Assembly (NCBI GenBank): GCA_020348985.1
Contig: CP070761.1
Location: forward strand, 2,924,464 to 2,988,463
Direction: 5' to 3'
Origin: Candidatus Thorarchaeota archaeon
Lineage (GTDB): Archaea; Asgardarchaeota; Thorarchaeia; Thorarchaeales; Thorarchaeaceae
DNA: 64,000 nt
The notes beneath the pieces were generated by a model. That model was not told where the DNA came from. It searched no databases and saw nothing but the letters and a program-made list of their open reading frames with translations. This document shows positions 1-7,862 of this stretch, in pieces (the stretch's first letter is position 1; every line of letters begins with the position of its first letter). A program made the translations under genes and the position numbers.

Positions 1-69
1 TTATTAGCGAGCCAATAAGCAACCGGTTGGCTGAAAGATCGTTAGAGCGTTTCAGCAGGATGACAAGAC

Positions 70-750
70 ATGGTGAGTATTCCATTACCGGTCATTGCTG
101 TAAATTTCAAAACCTATCCACAAGCAACAGGTGCAAAGGCAGTTCTGCTAGCCAAGGCTTGTGAGAAGGCCTCGGAAGAGTTCGGGGTCTCCGCAGTTGT
201 TGCACCCCAAGTATCCGATTTGTACAGAGTGAGTCAGGAGGTCAATATCCCTGTGTTCTCTCAGCATATGGATCCCGGTGACCCCGGAAGGTTCACGGGT
301 CACGTGCTCGGAGAAACTCTTCTCGAATCAGGATGTTCGGGTACTCTTCTCAATCATTCGGAGAACAGGATGCAGCTGGCCGACATTGAAGCCTCGGTAA
401 GAAAAGCTGAGAAGCTCGATCTCTACACAATCGTGTGCACCAACAATCCGCAAGTGAGTGTGGCAGCGGCATCAATTGGCCCTTCTGCAGTAGCAGTAGA
501 GCCACCAGAGCTAATTGGTACTGGGATCTCCGTATCCCAAGCCCAACCTGAGGTCATCTCTGGCACTGTTGAGAAGATAAGGGCAGTGAATCCAGATGTT
601 GTGATTTTATGCGGTGCTGGAATCAGTAATGGCGATGATGTCCTTGCAGCATCCAAGCTGGGATCGCAAGGAGTCCTTCTGGCATCAGCCGTGGCCAAAT
701 CGGACAAGCCCGAAGAGGTTCTCGCGGACCTAATGAGACCTCTAGCTTAG
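70..750 (+). CDS. tpiA: Archaeal-type triosephosphate isomerase
   Basis: VNFKTY, LLNHSE, AVEPPELIGTG, LCGAGI and GVLLAS motifs; 226 aa is the archaeal TIM length. Confidence 0.97.
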   Translation: MVSIPLPVIAVNFKTYPQATGAKAVLLAKACEKASEEFGVSAVVAPQVSDLYRVSQEVNIPVFSQHMDPGDPGRFTGHVLGETLLESGCSGTLLNHSENRMQLADIEASVRKAEKLDLYTIVCTNNPQVSVAAASIGPSAVAVEPPELIGTGISVSQAQPEVISGTVEKIRAVNPDVVILCGAGISNGDDVLAASKLGSQGVLLASAVAKSDKPEEVLADLMRPLA

Positions 751-809
751 TGGCCCCTTCCACATTCTTTTTACTTGAACTCAATTGGCTTTGAATCCGG
801 GCGATAATC

Positions 810-1700
810 TTGAAGGTCACACTCTATTGTGCACACTGTCTTCTTGAAAGAGCAGTGAATCAGGTGAAGCTTGCCACGGATGATGAGAATACTCGGCTGG
901 AAGTTACAACCGTGATGCTTCAGTTTCTAGCTGACAACTTCAATGACGAATCTGTTCCGAGCCACATAGGAACAGACAGAGATCTGATAGTGCAGGAGAT
1001 GACCGGAAAGGACCCTTATGCAGAACTCAAGCAAATTTCGAATCAGATGGCATTGAGCATCTTACCCGAGCTCAAGGCACTGGTTGATGAAGCTCCCAAT
1101 GAAGATGACAGATTCCGAAGGGCGGCTTTGATTGCTGCCGCGGCAAATGCAATAGAGTTCGATGTCTCAGGTCGTGAATTCAGTCTAGATGATCTAAGAG
1201 CCATTCTTGAAAGTGTCGAGTCAGACCTAGTCATCGATCAAGTCAGTGAATTCATGAATCTCTGTCGAAGTGTTGACGAAGTGACATATCTCATGGACAA
1301 CTCTGGAGAGATTGTCCTGGATATGATTCTCATTGGTGAGCTAAGACGCATAGGTCCTAGAGTGGTTGCTGTGGTTAAGGGGGGTCCCGTCCTCAATGAT
1401 GCTACAATGATCGACGCAGAAGAAGTCGGTCTCATGGAGTGTGCAGACGAAGTTCGCCATACAGGTGCGTCCGCGATTGGTGTGAATCTGGAACGTGTTT
1501 CTGGTGAATTCAAGGAGTTGTTCCAGAAATCCCAACTGATTGTTGCCAAAGGTATGGGAAATTACGAATCTCTTACAGAGCTAGAACCAACAGCTCCGGT
1601 AGTCCATATCCTTAGGACAAAGTGTTCTCCCGTGGCTGACCACATCGGTGTCGCTCGTGACAAGAATGTGATCTTGATTCGCTACCCTAAGAGTGGCTAG
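810..1700 (+). CDS. DUF89/ARMT1-like damage-control phosphatase
   Basis: N-terminal CxxC, DPY..LK..SN, DNSGEIVLD, LNDAT, KGMGNYESL and KC..VA motifs. Confidence 0.9.
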   Translation: MKVTLYCAHCLLERAVNQVKLATDDENTRLEVTTVMLQFLADNFNDESVPSHIGTDRDLIVQEMTGKDPYAELKQISNQMALSILPELKALVDEAPNEDDRFRRAALIAAAANAIEFDVSGREFSLDDLRAILESVESDLVIDQVSEFMNLCRSVDEVTYLMDNSGEIVLDMILIGELRRIGPRVVAVVKGGPVLNDATMIDAEEVGLMECADEVRHTGASAIGVNLERVSGEFKELFQKSQLIVAKGMGNYESLTELEPTAPVVHILRTKCSPVADHIGVARDKNVILIRYPKSG

Positions 1701-1717
1701 ACGAACCACATAGTACC

Positions 1718-2533
1718 CTATCTTCGAGTGAGTGACCTAGTATATGAGAGACTCTTGTAGAACTCAACCTTCAGTTCTGGAAACTCCAGGCTCATCTGAT
1801 GTCTTAGTCTCTCCATTCCTGGGTCCTCTGTGACAAACGGTCCCAGTTCAAGTGTGCTGATGCCTTCTTCATGAGCCATCATCCTGACATCAGGGGCCAG
1901 TTCTCCGGTCACAATCGTTCCGACATCTTCACTCTTAGCGGAGATTATTTCTGAGATGTCGATATAGCTCCCCGGAAAAATCAAAATTGACTGGACTTCA
2001 TCATCCAAATCGCCCGAAAAAGTAACAGATTCCATTCCAAGCTTATCCGCCACAAAGTCTGAGAATCTTGAGTGATTCATCACATCGCTCGGACCGCATA
2101 CTCTCCCTGCAGGAACGACATCTGTCAAATCCCCAGTGACAACAAAATCACGTAGCCTCTTCAGACCAAGCAAATCGCATAGAGCATCGGCCATTCCATC
2201 TTTTACTCCAACCCAACCGCTCCCGAGAACATATGACGAGATGTAGTTCTTTGAAAGCAATCTAATCCTTTTCAGGTCGAGACCAGTGATTCTGTCCACA
2301 ATGAATGGGAACAATGGTCGAAAAGTAATGACAAGATTGGCCTTCTCTTGAGTTGCCTTGGTCACTGCTGCACCCGAAAGATAAGTTGTAATTACTACTC
2401 TGCTAATTGTGGTGTTTATCATGTCACTATCTGACTGGGGACCTATCTCTACACGAGAATCGTGTCCCCGTATAGTGTAGTCCCTCGGAGCTATTCCTCT
2501 TAGATACTTCACGATTTCAAGAAGCGTGGTCAT
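1718..2533 (-). CDS. NIF3/YbgI-like protein with degenerate metal-binding motifs
   Basis: NIF3 layout (ANLVIT..PL, GRV, TGE, TE.PGM..L) but His ligands replaced; start taken at MTTLLEIV (2533). Confidence 0.7.
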   Translation of the reverse strand: MTTLLEIVKYLRGIAPRDYTIRGHDSRVEIGPQSDSDMINTTISRVVITTYLSGAAVTKATQEKANLVITFRPLFPFIVDRITGLDLKRIRLLSKNYISSYVLGSGWVGVKDGMADALCDLLGLKRLRDFVVTGDLTDVVPAGRVCGPSDVMNHSRFSDFVADKLGMESVTFSGDLDDEVQSILIFPGSYIDISEIISAKSEDVGTIVTGELAPDVRMMAHEEGISTLELGPFVTEDPGMERLRHQMSLEFPELKVEFYKSLSYTRSLTRR

Positions 2534-2643
2534 TGAAAGTCCCGTCCGTTCCCGAGCTCCCAGTGTGAGTAATGAGATCACTCAGAAAACCCACACACGA
2601 ATCGAACTCTTCAGTCTTGTCCCTTCTAACCTATCTCCCAATT

Positions 2644-5112
2644 CTATCTCGTACGGACCCGGAATAGTAGTACGATTACAACTACGGCAGCAATGACGCC
2701 ACCAAGGATGAATTCCATTCCAATACCAGGGGTTGCTTCATCAGGCTCTACCTGATAGATTCCGTAGTTGATATCGTAAGTGTAACCAAAAGTGTCGACA
2801 ACCGTGATTTGAATCAGAAGTGAAGTTTCGCCTGGGAAGGGGCCTATCTCAAGTCCATATCCATTCCCATAGTTCTCCATCGGAGCTGTTTGAGCATCTC
2901 CGCCTTCAACCACATACTCCAATGTGACAGAGGAGATGAACCTGTAGTCTCCTGGGTTTCTCAGGAGCAGAATCGTGATGGCATGTCCTCCCTCAACGAG
3001 CTCTTCTGAAACCTGGACGGAGGGGACGAAACCGTATGCTTCTACCATAATCGGTTTCGGCTTGTATGTCGTGTTGTAGTCTCTTACGTATAGCCCTATT
3101 CGAGCATAGCCATAGTCACCAACATCGTAGCCGAAGCCGACTATTTCGGTGGATTGAGGTCCAATTTCCACCAACATTGACGGTAAGTCGAACGTGACCG
3201 CGTCTGCTATGACTGGAGTGACATTTACGCTAAGGCCTACGTCGAGATTGTTGGTGAATGTAATTGAAAAGGATCTGTTAGAATGAGGTTCCTCCAAACC
3301 GAAACTCTCGCCTAGCGGGCTCACTTCGATTCCAAGGATCACATCAGATACTGCGTCATTTGCCAGCTTAATTGCCCTTGTTGGATTCCAGTGTTCGAGG
3401 GAGCTTTCAGCATCAGCAAGGTAGAGTCTCGCAACACCAACATCCTCGCCTGACAGCTCAAGTGCATCAAGCTGTGCTTCTGCATCGACAACGACCGTCT
3501 CCGCTTCATCCCATGTTTCCATGAATCTATCAACCCAGACTTTTTGGCCAAAGACTAGGCCATTGAATTTGTCGAGAATAACCGTCCTTCTATTCAAGAG
3601 CGCATCAACAATATCATCCACGGACAGCGTTCCATTGGGACCTGTTGGGTCTCGCACGAACAAGACATTGAGAATTCCGTCCAGATTCCTTGAGCCATGC
3701 GTATCACACGATGCTATGAACGGTGCGTGGTAGGCCGCTTCGCCTATTCCATGAATATAGCCCCTGTTGTTGACCTCGACCCCTTCGTACCCGATTGTTT
3801 CAAGCTGGTTGTAAGGCTCGGCGTGTTTTGGTGAAAGTGTTGGATGACTTAGGAAGACAACTCCTCCCTGGGCATGAATGCCATCAACGGCTTCCTGAAC
3901 ACTTGTAGTGAATATGTTCTCAGTCATCGGGAAGCCAACCATGTGCGGTGTCCGGGATATCTCTGCTCCAATTCCGATGAGAACATCAAGATTGTATAGA
4001 TCCCGAAGTGCCTTCACTTGGATTCCGCCGACAATTCCGTTCTGAGCAGGAGTCTCATACGAATGGTCTGTAACAATGAAGTAGTCCAGCTTGACTTCTA
4101 ATGCTCGAAGCATTTGCTCCCAAGGAGTAGCAGTACCGTCACTTACAGTCGTATGTTCATGAATAACACCACTGAAAATCTCATACTCCTCTATCTCTGT
4201 GCTGTTAATCTCCGGTCCACTACCAACTTCGATGATTGCTAGCTCAGGAGGATCAACTTCCCTTGGATTGTTTCCAACCAGCCAATCTATGACGTTTAGA
4301 GAGAACTGAAAGTGATCGTTCTCACCTACCTGCCCAGTTGCGGTAGTGCCCGGCTCATTTCGTCTATATTGCGAGAATGGTCCCGAAGAACCTACAGCCA
4401 CAACCCTGCCAGAGCCGCTCTCTGAATATGCGACGAAGTCCTTTTCGTCTGACATGACAACAGATACTGCTGGACTTGTTACTTCCAGTGAACAACCGTA
4501 TATGTCATCATTTGACGCATGAAGAGACTGGACGCTATAGGTCAGGTGATGGTCTTCTATCTCGTCAGCAGTACGTAGGCTCCACGTCATGACTCTGTCG
4601 AGGTTGAATGAAATCCCGTAAGTCTCCGAAACCGCATTCAAGTAGTCGGGCGTGTATATCCATCCAAGAGTTGTATAGTCAACTCCTACTAGCAAAAGGC
4701 TTCCACCGGCATCAACGAAGTCGTGAATTGCTGTTATTTCTCCTGCAGTGAGTGCCTCCTGAGGGAAGAACAAACACAGAACATCGTAGTCATTGAGAAT
4801 GCCGGAGTCCAAGGAAGAACCCCAATTCATTGACACATTGTGACCGTACTCTCTGAGAACCCAACCGAACATCGAGGCATTACCAGGAACCCAGATCTCT
4901 GATGTGGGTCCTGCATGTGACTCGTCAACAAGGATTCTAGCGCTTTCGAATGTCTGAGATGTCTCGTTCACATGAACAGGAGATGACACAGTTGTCGAAT
5001 TGTCAAAGGCCGGTAGGGCCGGTGTCACAATCGGCAGTAGAAGGACAATCAAGATCAAAAGGCGACTAGAAAGACGAGTCACTTTAATCGAGACGAAGCG
5101 GGACCTTGTCAC
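2644..5112 (-). CDS. Membrane-anchored surface protein: GIFT/DUF4350-like domain + PHP-family metallophosphoesterase + Ig-like domains
   Basis: N-terminal signal/TM; ILVDESH...FVDAGGSLLLVG...GRVVAVG; PHP motifs HEHT..SDG, TDH, SHP, SCDTH; C-terminal TM followed by basic tail. Confidence 0.75.
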   Translation of the reverse strand: MTRSRFVSIKVTRLSSRLLILIVLLLPIVTPALPAFDNSTTVSSPVHVNETSQTFESARILVDESHAGPTSEIWVPGNASMFGWVLREYGHNVSMNWGSSLDSGILNDYDVLCLFFPQEALTAGEITAIHDFVDAGGSLLLVGVDYTTLGWIYTPDYLNAVSETYGISFNLDRVMTWSLRTADEIEDHHLTYSVQSLHASNDDIYGCSLEVTSPAVSVVMSDEKDFVAYSESGSGRVVAVGSSGPFSQYRRNEPGTTATGQVGENDHFQFSLNVIDWLVGNNPREVDPPELAIIEVGSGPEINSTEIEEYEIFSGVIHEHTTVSDGTATPWEQMLRALEVKLDYFIVTDHSYETPAQNGIVGGIQVKALRDLYNLDVLIGIGAEISRTPHMVGFPMTENIFTTSVQEAVDGIHAQGGVVFLSHPTLSPKHAEPYNQLETIGYEGVEVNNRGYIHGIGEAAYHAPFIASCDTHGSRNLDGILNVLFVRDPTGPNGTLSVDDIVDALLNRRTVILDKFNGLVFGQKVWVDRFMETWDEAETVVVDAEAQLDALELSGEDVGVARLYLADAESSLEHWNPTRAIKLANDAVSDVILGIEVSPLGESFGLEEPHSNRSFSITFTNNLDVGLSVNVTPVIADAVTFDLPSMLVEIGPQSTEIVGFGYDVGDYGYARIGLYVRDYNTTYKPKPIMVEAYGFVPSVQVSEELVEGGHAITILLLRNPGDYRFISSVTLEYVVEGGDAQTAPMENYGNGYGLEIGPFPGETSLLIQITVVDTFGYTYDINYGIYQVEPDEATPGIGMEFILGGVIAAVVVIVLLFRVRTR

Positions 5113-5215
5113 TATTAAGGCTTACATTTGAGGAGTGGACAGCCTTGCAGCGTGTTGGCCGCTGATATGACTCCGTCCAACGAATCCTATGGTTAGTTTG
5201 GTCCGTCCTTCTGAG

Positions 5216-5509
5216 CTATTCTTCAATGTCTTCGTCATAGCTGTATAGTTCGTCAATGTCGTCTAGGATTTCGGAGTCAACTTCCTCTATTACTTCAAGC
5301 TCTGGTGCTTTCTTTTCCTTCTTCTTCTTCTCTCTCTTGGGCTCCTTTTCGGCTACTTCTAGGCTCTCTCCGCGCTTTCTCATCTGGGCCCAAAATCGAC
5401 GCCTTGCTTTCTGGTGTTTTCTGACGCGTCGGAGATCTGTCTGCTGAGGATTCTGGACTCTCATCAGACGTCTGCGATCTCTTTCGAGAGCTCTACCCTT
5501 CTTCGCCAT
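5216..5509 (-). CDS. Small hypothetical protein with basic N-half and acidic C-tail
   Basis: 97 aa ORF with ATG start filling the gap between genes; strongly bipartite charge. Confidence 0.7.
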   Translation of the reverse strand: MAKKGRALERDRRRLMRVQNPQQTDLRRVRKHQKARRRFWAQMRKRGESLEVAEKEPKREKKKKEKKAPELEVIEEVDSEILDDIDELYSYDEDIEE

Positions 5510-5648
5510 GAAATATCACGTCGCGAGGTTTTCTCGGGCAGCAACCTCCAGCTCGTTTTATAACTGTGTCGGGTGTAACGCATTCCAGATGGTCGGAGTT
5601 TACTCTTCGAATCCTTTGTCAGGAATCTGACACAATTCGATGTGAAGC

Positions 5649-6173
5649 GTGATGAGTCGGACATCAGGCAGCCGGGAGGTTAGTATTCGTCTACGTCTTG
5701 AACCCTCCCTGCTGGAACGAATTGATAGACTGGTTGGCAAGAACGGGAGACAGCACTTCATCAAAGACGCTATTCTCTGGAGACTGGAACAGGACCTCCC
5801 GCCAATTGTGTTGGAGCTTGTGGATGATGTTGAGGAACTGAAGAAGAGAGTTGATCATCTTGAATCATCGCAATCAGCCAGTGTATACATGGAAGACATG
5901 AGTGCCACCGTCAAAGAGAAGGTTTGCAGAGACGATTTTGATCGGAGGATGTTGGCATACTTCCTTCAGCACAGTGGTGCAACATCACCAGAACTCGCGA
6001 AAGCACTAGCAGGCAGCTCTGATAAGCGAAGGACAATCCATGACCGCATTGTGAAACTCAACGAAAGGGCAGTTCAACTTCTAGGAGTTCCTATTCTAGC
6101 ACACGAGAAAGGGATTATTGACGGAAAACGGGGTGCATGGTGGATTATCAACACAGATCGTATGTTGGCCTGA
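5649..6173 (+). CDS. Ribbon-helix-helix (CopG-like) + coiled coil + HTH putative regulator
   Basis: VSIRLRLEPSLLERIDRLVG..RQHFIKDAI RHH pattern; C-terminal ATSPELAKAL HTH-like segment. Confidence 0.7.
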   Translation: MMSRTSGSREVSIRLRLEPSLLERIDRLVGKNGRQHFIKDAILWRLEQDLPPIVLELVDDVEELKKRVDHLESSQSASVYMEDMSATVKEKVCRDDFDRRMLAYFLQHSGATSPELAKALAGSSDKRRTIHDRIVKLNERAVQLLGVPILAHEKGIIDGKRGAWWIINTDRMLA

Positions 6174-6193
6174 ATGCAACTCTAGAGCAAATC

Positions 6194-6199
6194 TTTAAG
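6194..6199 (+). promoter_or_regulatory. TATA-box candidate (TTTAAG) for tRNA-Arg(CCG)
   Basis: TTTAAG about 25 nt upstream of the tRNA 5' end, preceded by an A-rich BRE-like segment. Confidence 0.55.
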
Positions 6200-6220
6200 G
6201 AAATCCATCAAAGGGCCGAT

Positions 6221-6298
6221 GGGGCCGTAGTCTAGCATGGATAAGGCACCAGCCTCCGGAGTTGGTCATCCCCGGTTCGAATCCGGGCGGTCCCGCCA
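6221..6298 (+). tRNA. tRNA-Arg(CCG), CCA encoded, no intron
   Basis: Acceptor stem GGGGCCG/CGGTCCC + G + CCA; anticodon arm CCAGC-CTCCGGA-GTTGG; GGTTCGAATCC T-arm; A20 Arg identity element. Confidence 0.97.
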
Positions 6299-6385
6299 TT
6301 GAATTCTAGTACTTCATGCGATGCCGGTTTCTCTCGGACTTTAAAAGACTGCAACAGAACACCCTCCTGAATCGGGGTTTACTGA

Positions 6386-6625
6386 ATGAGCACTACTAGA
6401 GAGGCAACTGCCTCCGAAGAGAGAATTGTTGAGAGATTCCGAAGATATCTCAATGGACCAGTGGGCAAGACTGTCCTTGACAATTTGGATGAAGGGGAGA
6501 GCTTTATACTTCAAACCTCTGAGCACACTTTGAGAATCACGAAGTCTCGTGGCAAGGCGATTGTCAGTCTTGTTGACAGTCGATTCAGCAAGAAACCATC
6601 CAGATGGACGCTTCCCACGGCATAG
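6386..6625 (+). CDS. Small hypothetical protein between the two tRNA-Arg genes
   Basis: 79 aa ATG ORF with protein-like composition; TTTAAA about 40 nt upstream. Confidence 0.6.
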   Translation: MSTTREATASEERIVERFRRYLNGPVGKTVLDNLDEGESFILQTSEHTLRITKSRGKAIVSLVDSRFSKKPSRWTLPTA

Positions 6626-6701
6626 AACGATATCTGAATTGCATAACATTTCTTCTGCATCAGCGAAGAGTCTATAAGTTGACCACAGCCAACCGCTGAA
6701 C

Positions 6702-6779
6702 GGGGCCGTAGTCTAGCATGGATAAGGCGCCAGCCTGCGGAGTTGGATATCCCCGGTTCGAATCCGGGCGGTCCCGCCA
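6702..6779 (+). tRNA. tRNA-Arg(GCG), CCA encoded, no intron
   Basis: Same cloverleaf as the 6221 tRNA with anticodon loop CTGCGGA; TATAAG about 25 nt upstream. Confidence 0.97.
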
Positions 6780-6797
6780 TCGCTTCTTTTGCTCAGT

Positions 6798-7331
6798 CTA
6801 CGTGGTCCTCTGCCACTGTTTCAGCTTTTGAAAGACGTGGGCGATTGTATCCGCCCTTATTGACTGTTTTTCTACTTCTTCCCTGGAAAGTTCTCTCATC
6901 TGGGTCGCCGGCGCCCCCGAGTTGAGACTTCTGGGGGGGATTACCACGTTTGCAGGGACAATAGAACCTGGGGCAAGCATGACTCCCTCCCCCAGCGTTG
7001 CACCGTCGAACAGAACACAGCCTTCGCCTATGTTTGCAGTGTCGCCGACATAGACCCCGTGAACTACAGAGGCGGTTCCAATCACAGTCTGAGTTCCGAT
7101 GATTGTTGGATTGTCCTCAGTATGAGCATGAATAACAACACTATCTTGTATACACGAACTCTCCCCAATCCTCACAGACGCGTGGTCGCCACGGATCACC
7201 GCGCCAGGCCAAACGCTAGCCTTGGGTCCTATTTCAACATCTCCGACAACTGTCGCTTGAAGGCTCACGAAGGCCTCAGAGTCAATCTTGGGGGTCTTTC
7301 CGCCAAACTCCAGGATCGGCACATCTTCCAC
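6798..7331 (-). CDS. Gamma-carbonic anhydrase-like hexapeptide-repeat protein (YrdA/CaiE family)
   Basis: PKID..AFV...ATVVGDVEIG..ASVWPGAVIRGD...IQD..VIH; G.PA...REL C-terminus. Confidence 0.9.
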   Translation of the reverse strand: MEDVPILEFGGKTPKIDSEAFVSLQATVVGDVEIGPKASVWPGAVIRGDHASVRIGESSCIQDSVVIHAHTEDNPTIIGTQTVIGTASVVHGVYVGDTANIGEGCVLFDGATLGEGVMLAPGSIVPANVVIPPRSLNSGAPATQMRELSREEVEKQSIRADTIAHVFQKLKQWQRTT

Positions 7332-7440
7332 CTAGAGAAGATGCAGGGGCGGTTGTCTATAAGCATATTGAAAATGTATACATCAGAATCGATGTACCCA
7401 AAGAAATAGGTTGGGTCCCCGACCACGAGGACCTCTTGAA

Positions 7441-7818
7441 TCATGTTGCCTCAGCCAATAGCTGTTCCGCAATGTCTTCATAGACTTCGGGCGGTCTCAC
7501 ACCAACTAGCTTGTCGATGTGTTTTCCAGATCCGTCGTCAAAGATCACCTGCTCACCATCTTTGTAGAATATGACACTGGGCACTCCACGAATCTTGTGT
7601 GCGAAGCTGAACTCCTGATTCTGATCCACATCAATCTTCACAACGCGTAGTCCTTTGTCTCTGTACTTTTCGTCGATTGCTTCGAGAATAGGAGCCAAGG
7701 TCTTGCATGGTCCACACCATAGTGCGTGACAGTCCACGAAGACAACCTTGTTCTCGCCCAATATTGTGTCTAGCTGGTCAGCCATGATCTCATCTACCAT
7801 TGTCGCCATCTCTATCAA
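7441..7818 (-). CDS. trxA: Thioredoxin
   Basis: WCGPC active site, KIDVD, IRGVP. Confidence 0.92.
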   Translation of the reverse strand: MIEMATMVDEIMADQLDTILGENKVVFVDCHALWCGPCKTLAPILEAIDEKYRDKGLRVVKIDVDQNQEFSFAHKIRGVPSVIFYKDGEQVIFDDGSGKHIDKLVGVRPPEVYEDIAEQLLAEAT

Positions 7819-7862
7819 CTCGCATTAATACGTAGTCTTATTCTTTTCCTAGAAGGAGTCGG

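Noticed and set aside
6221-6779. tRNA direct repeat as attL/attR of an integrated element
   Set aside because: Both copies are full-length with different anticodons and their own promoters; no integrase; only ~400 bp between them
6511-6925. ORFs 6511-6780(-) and 6743-6925(+)
   Set aside because: Artefacts of translating a tRNA gene
6798-7331. Gamma-CA-like protein missing one Zn-ligand His (GT for GH)
   Set aside because: Such variation is common in this family; not strong enough to report as a finding
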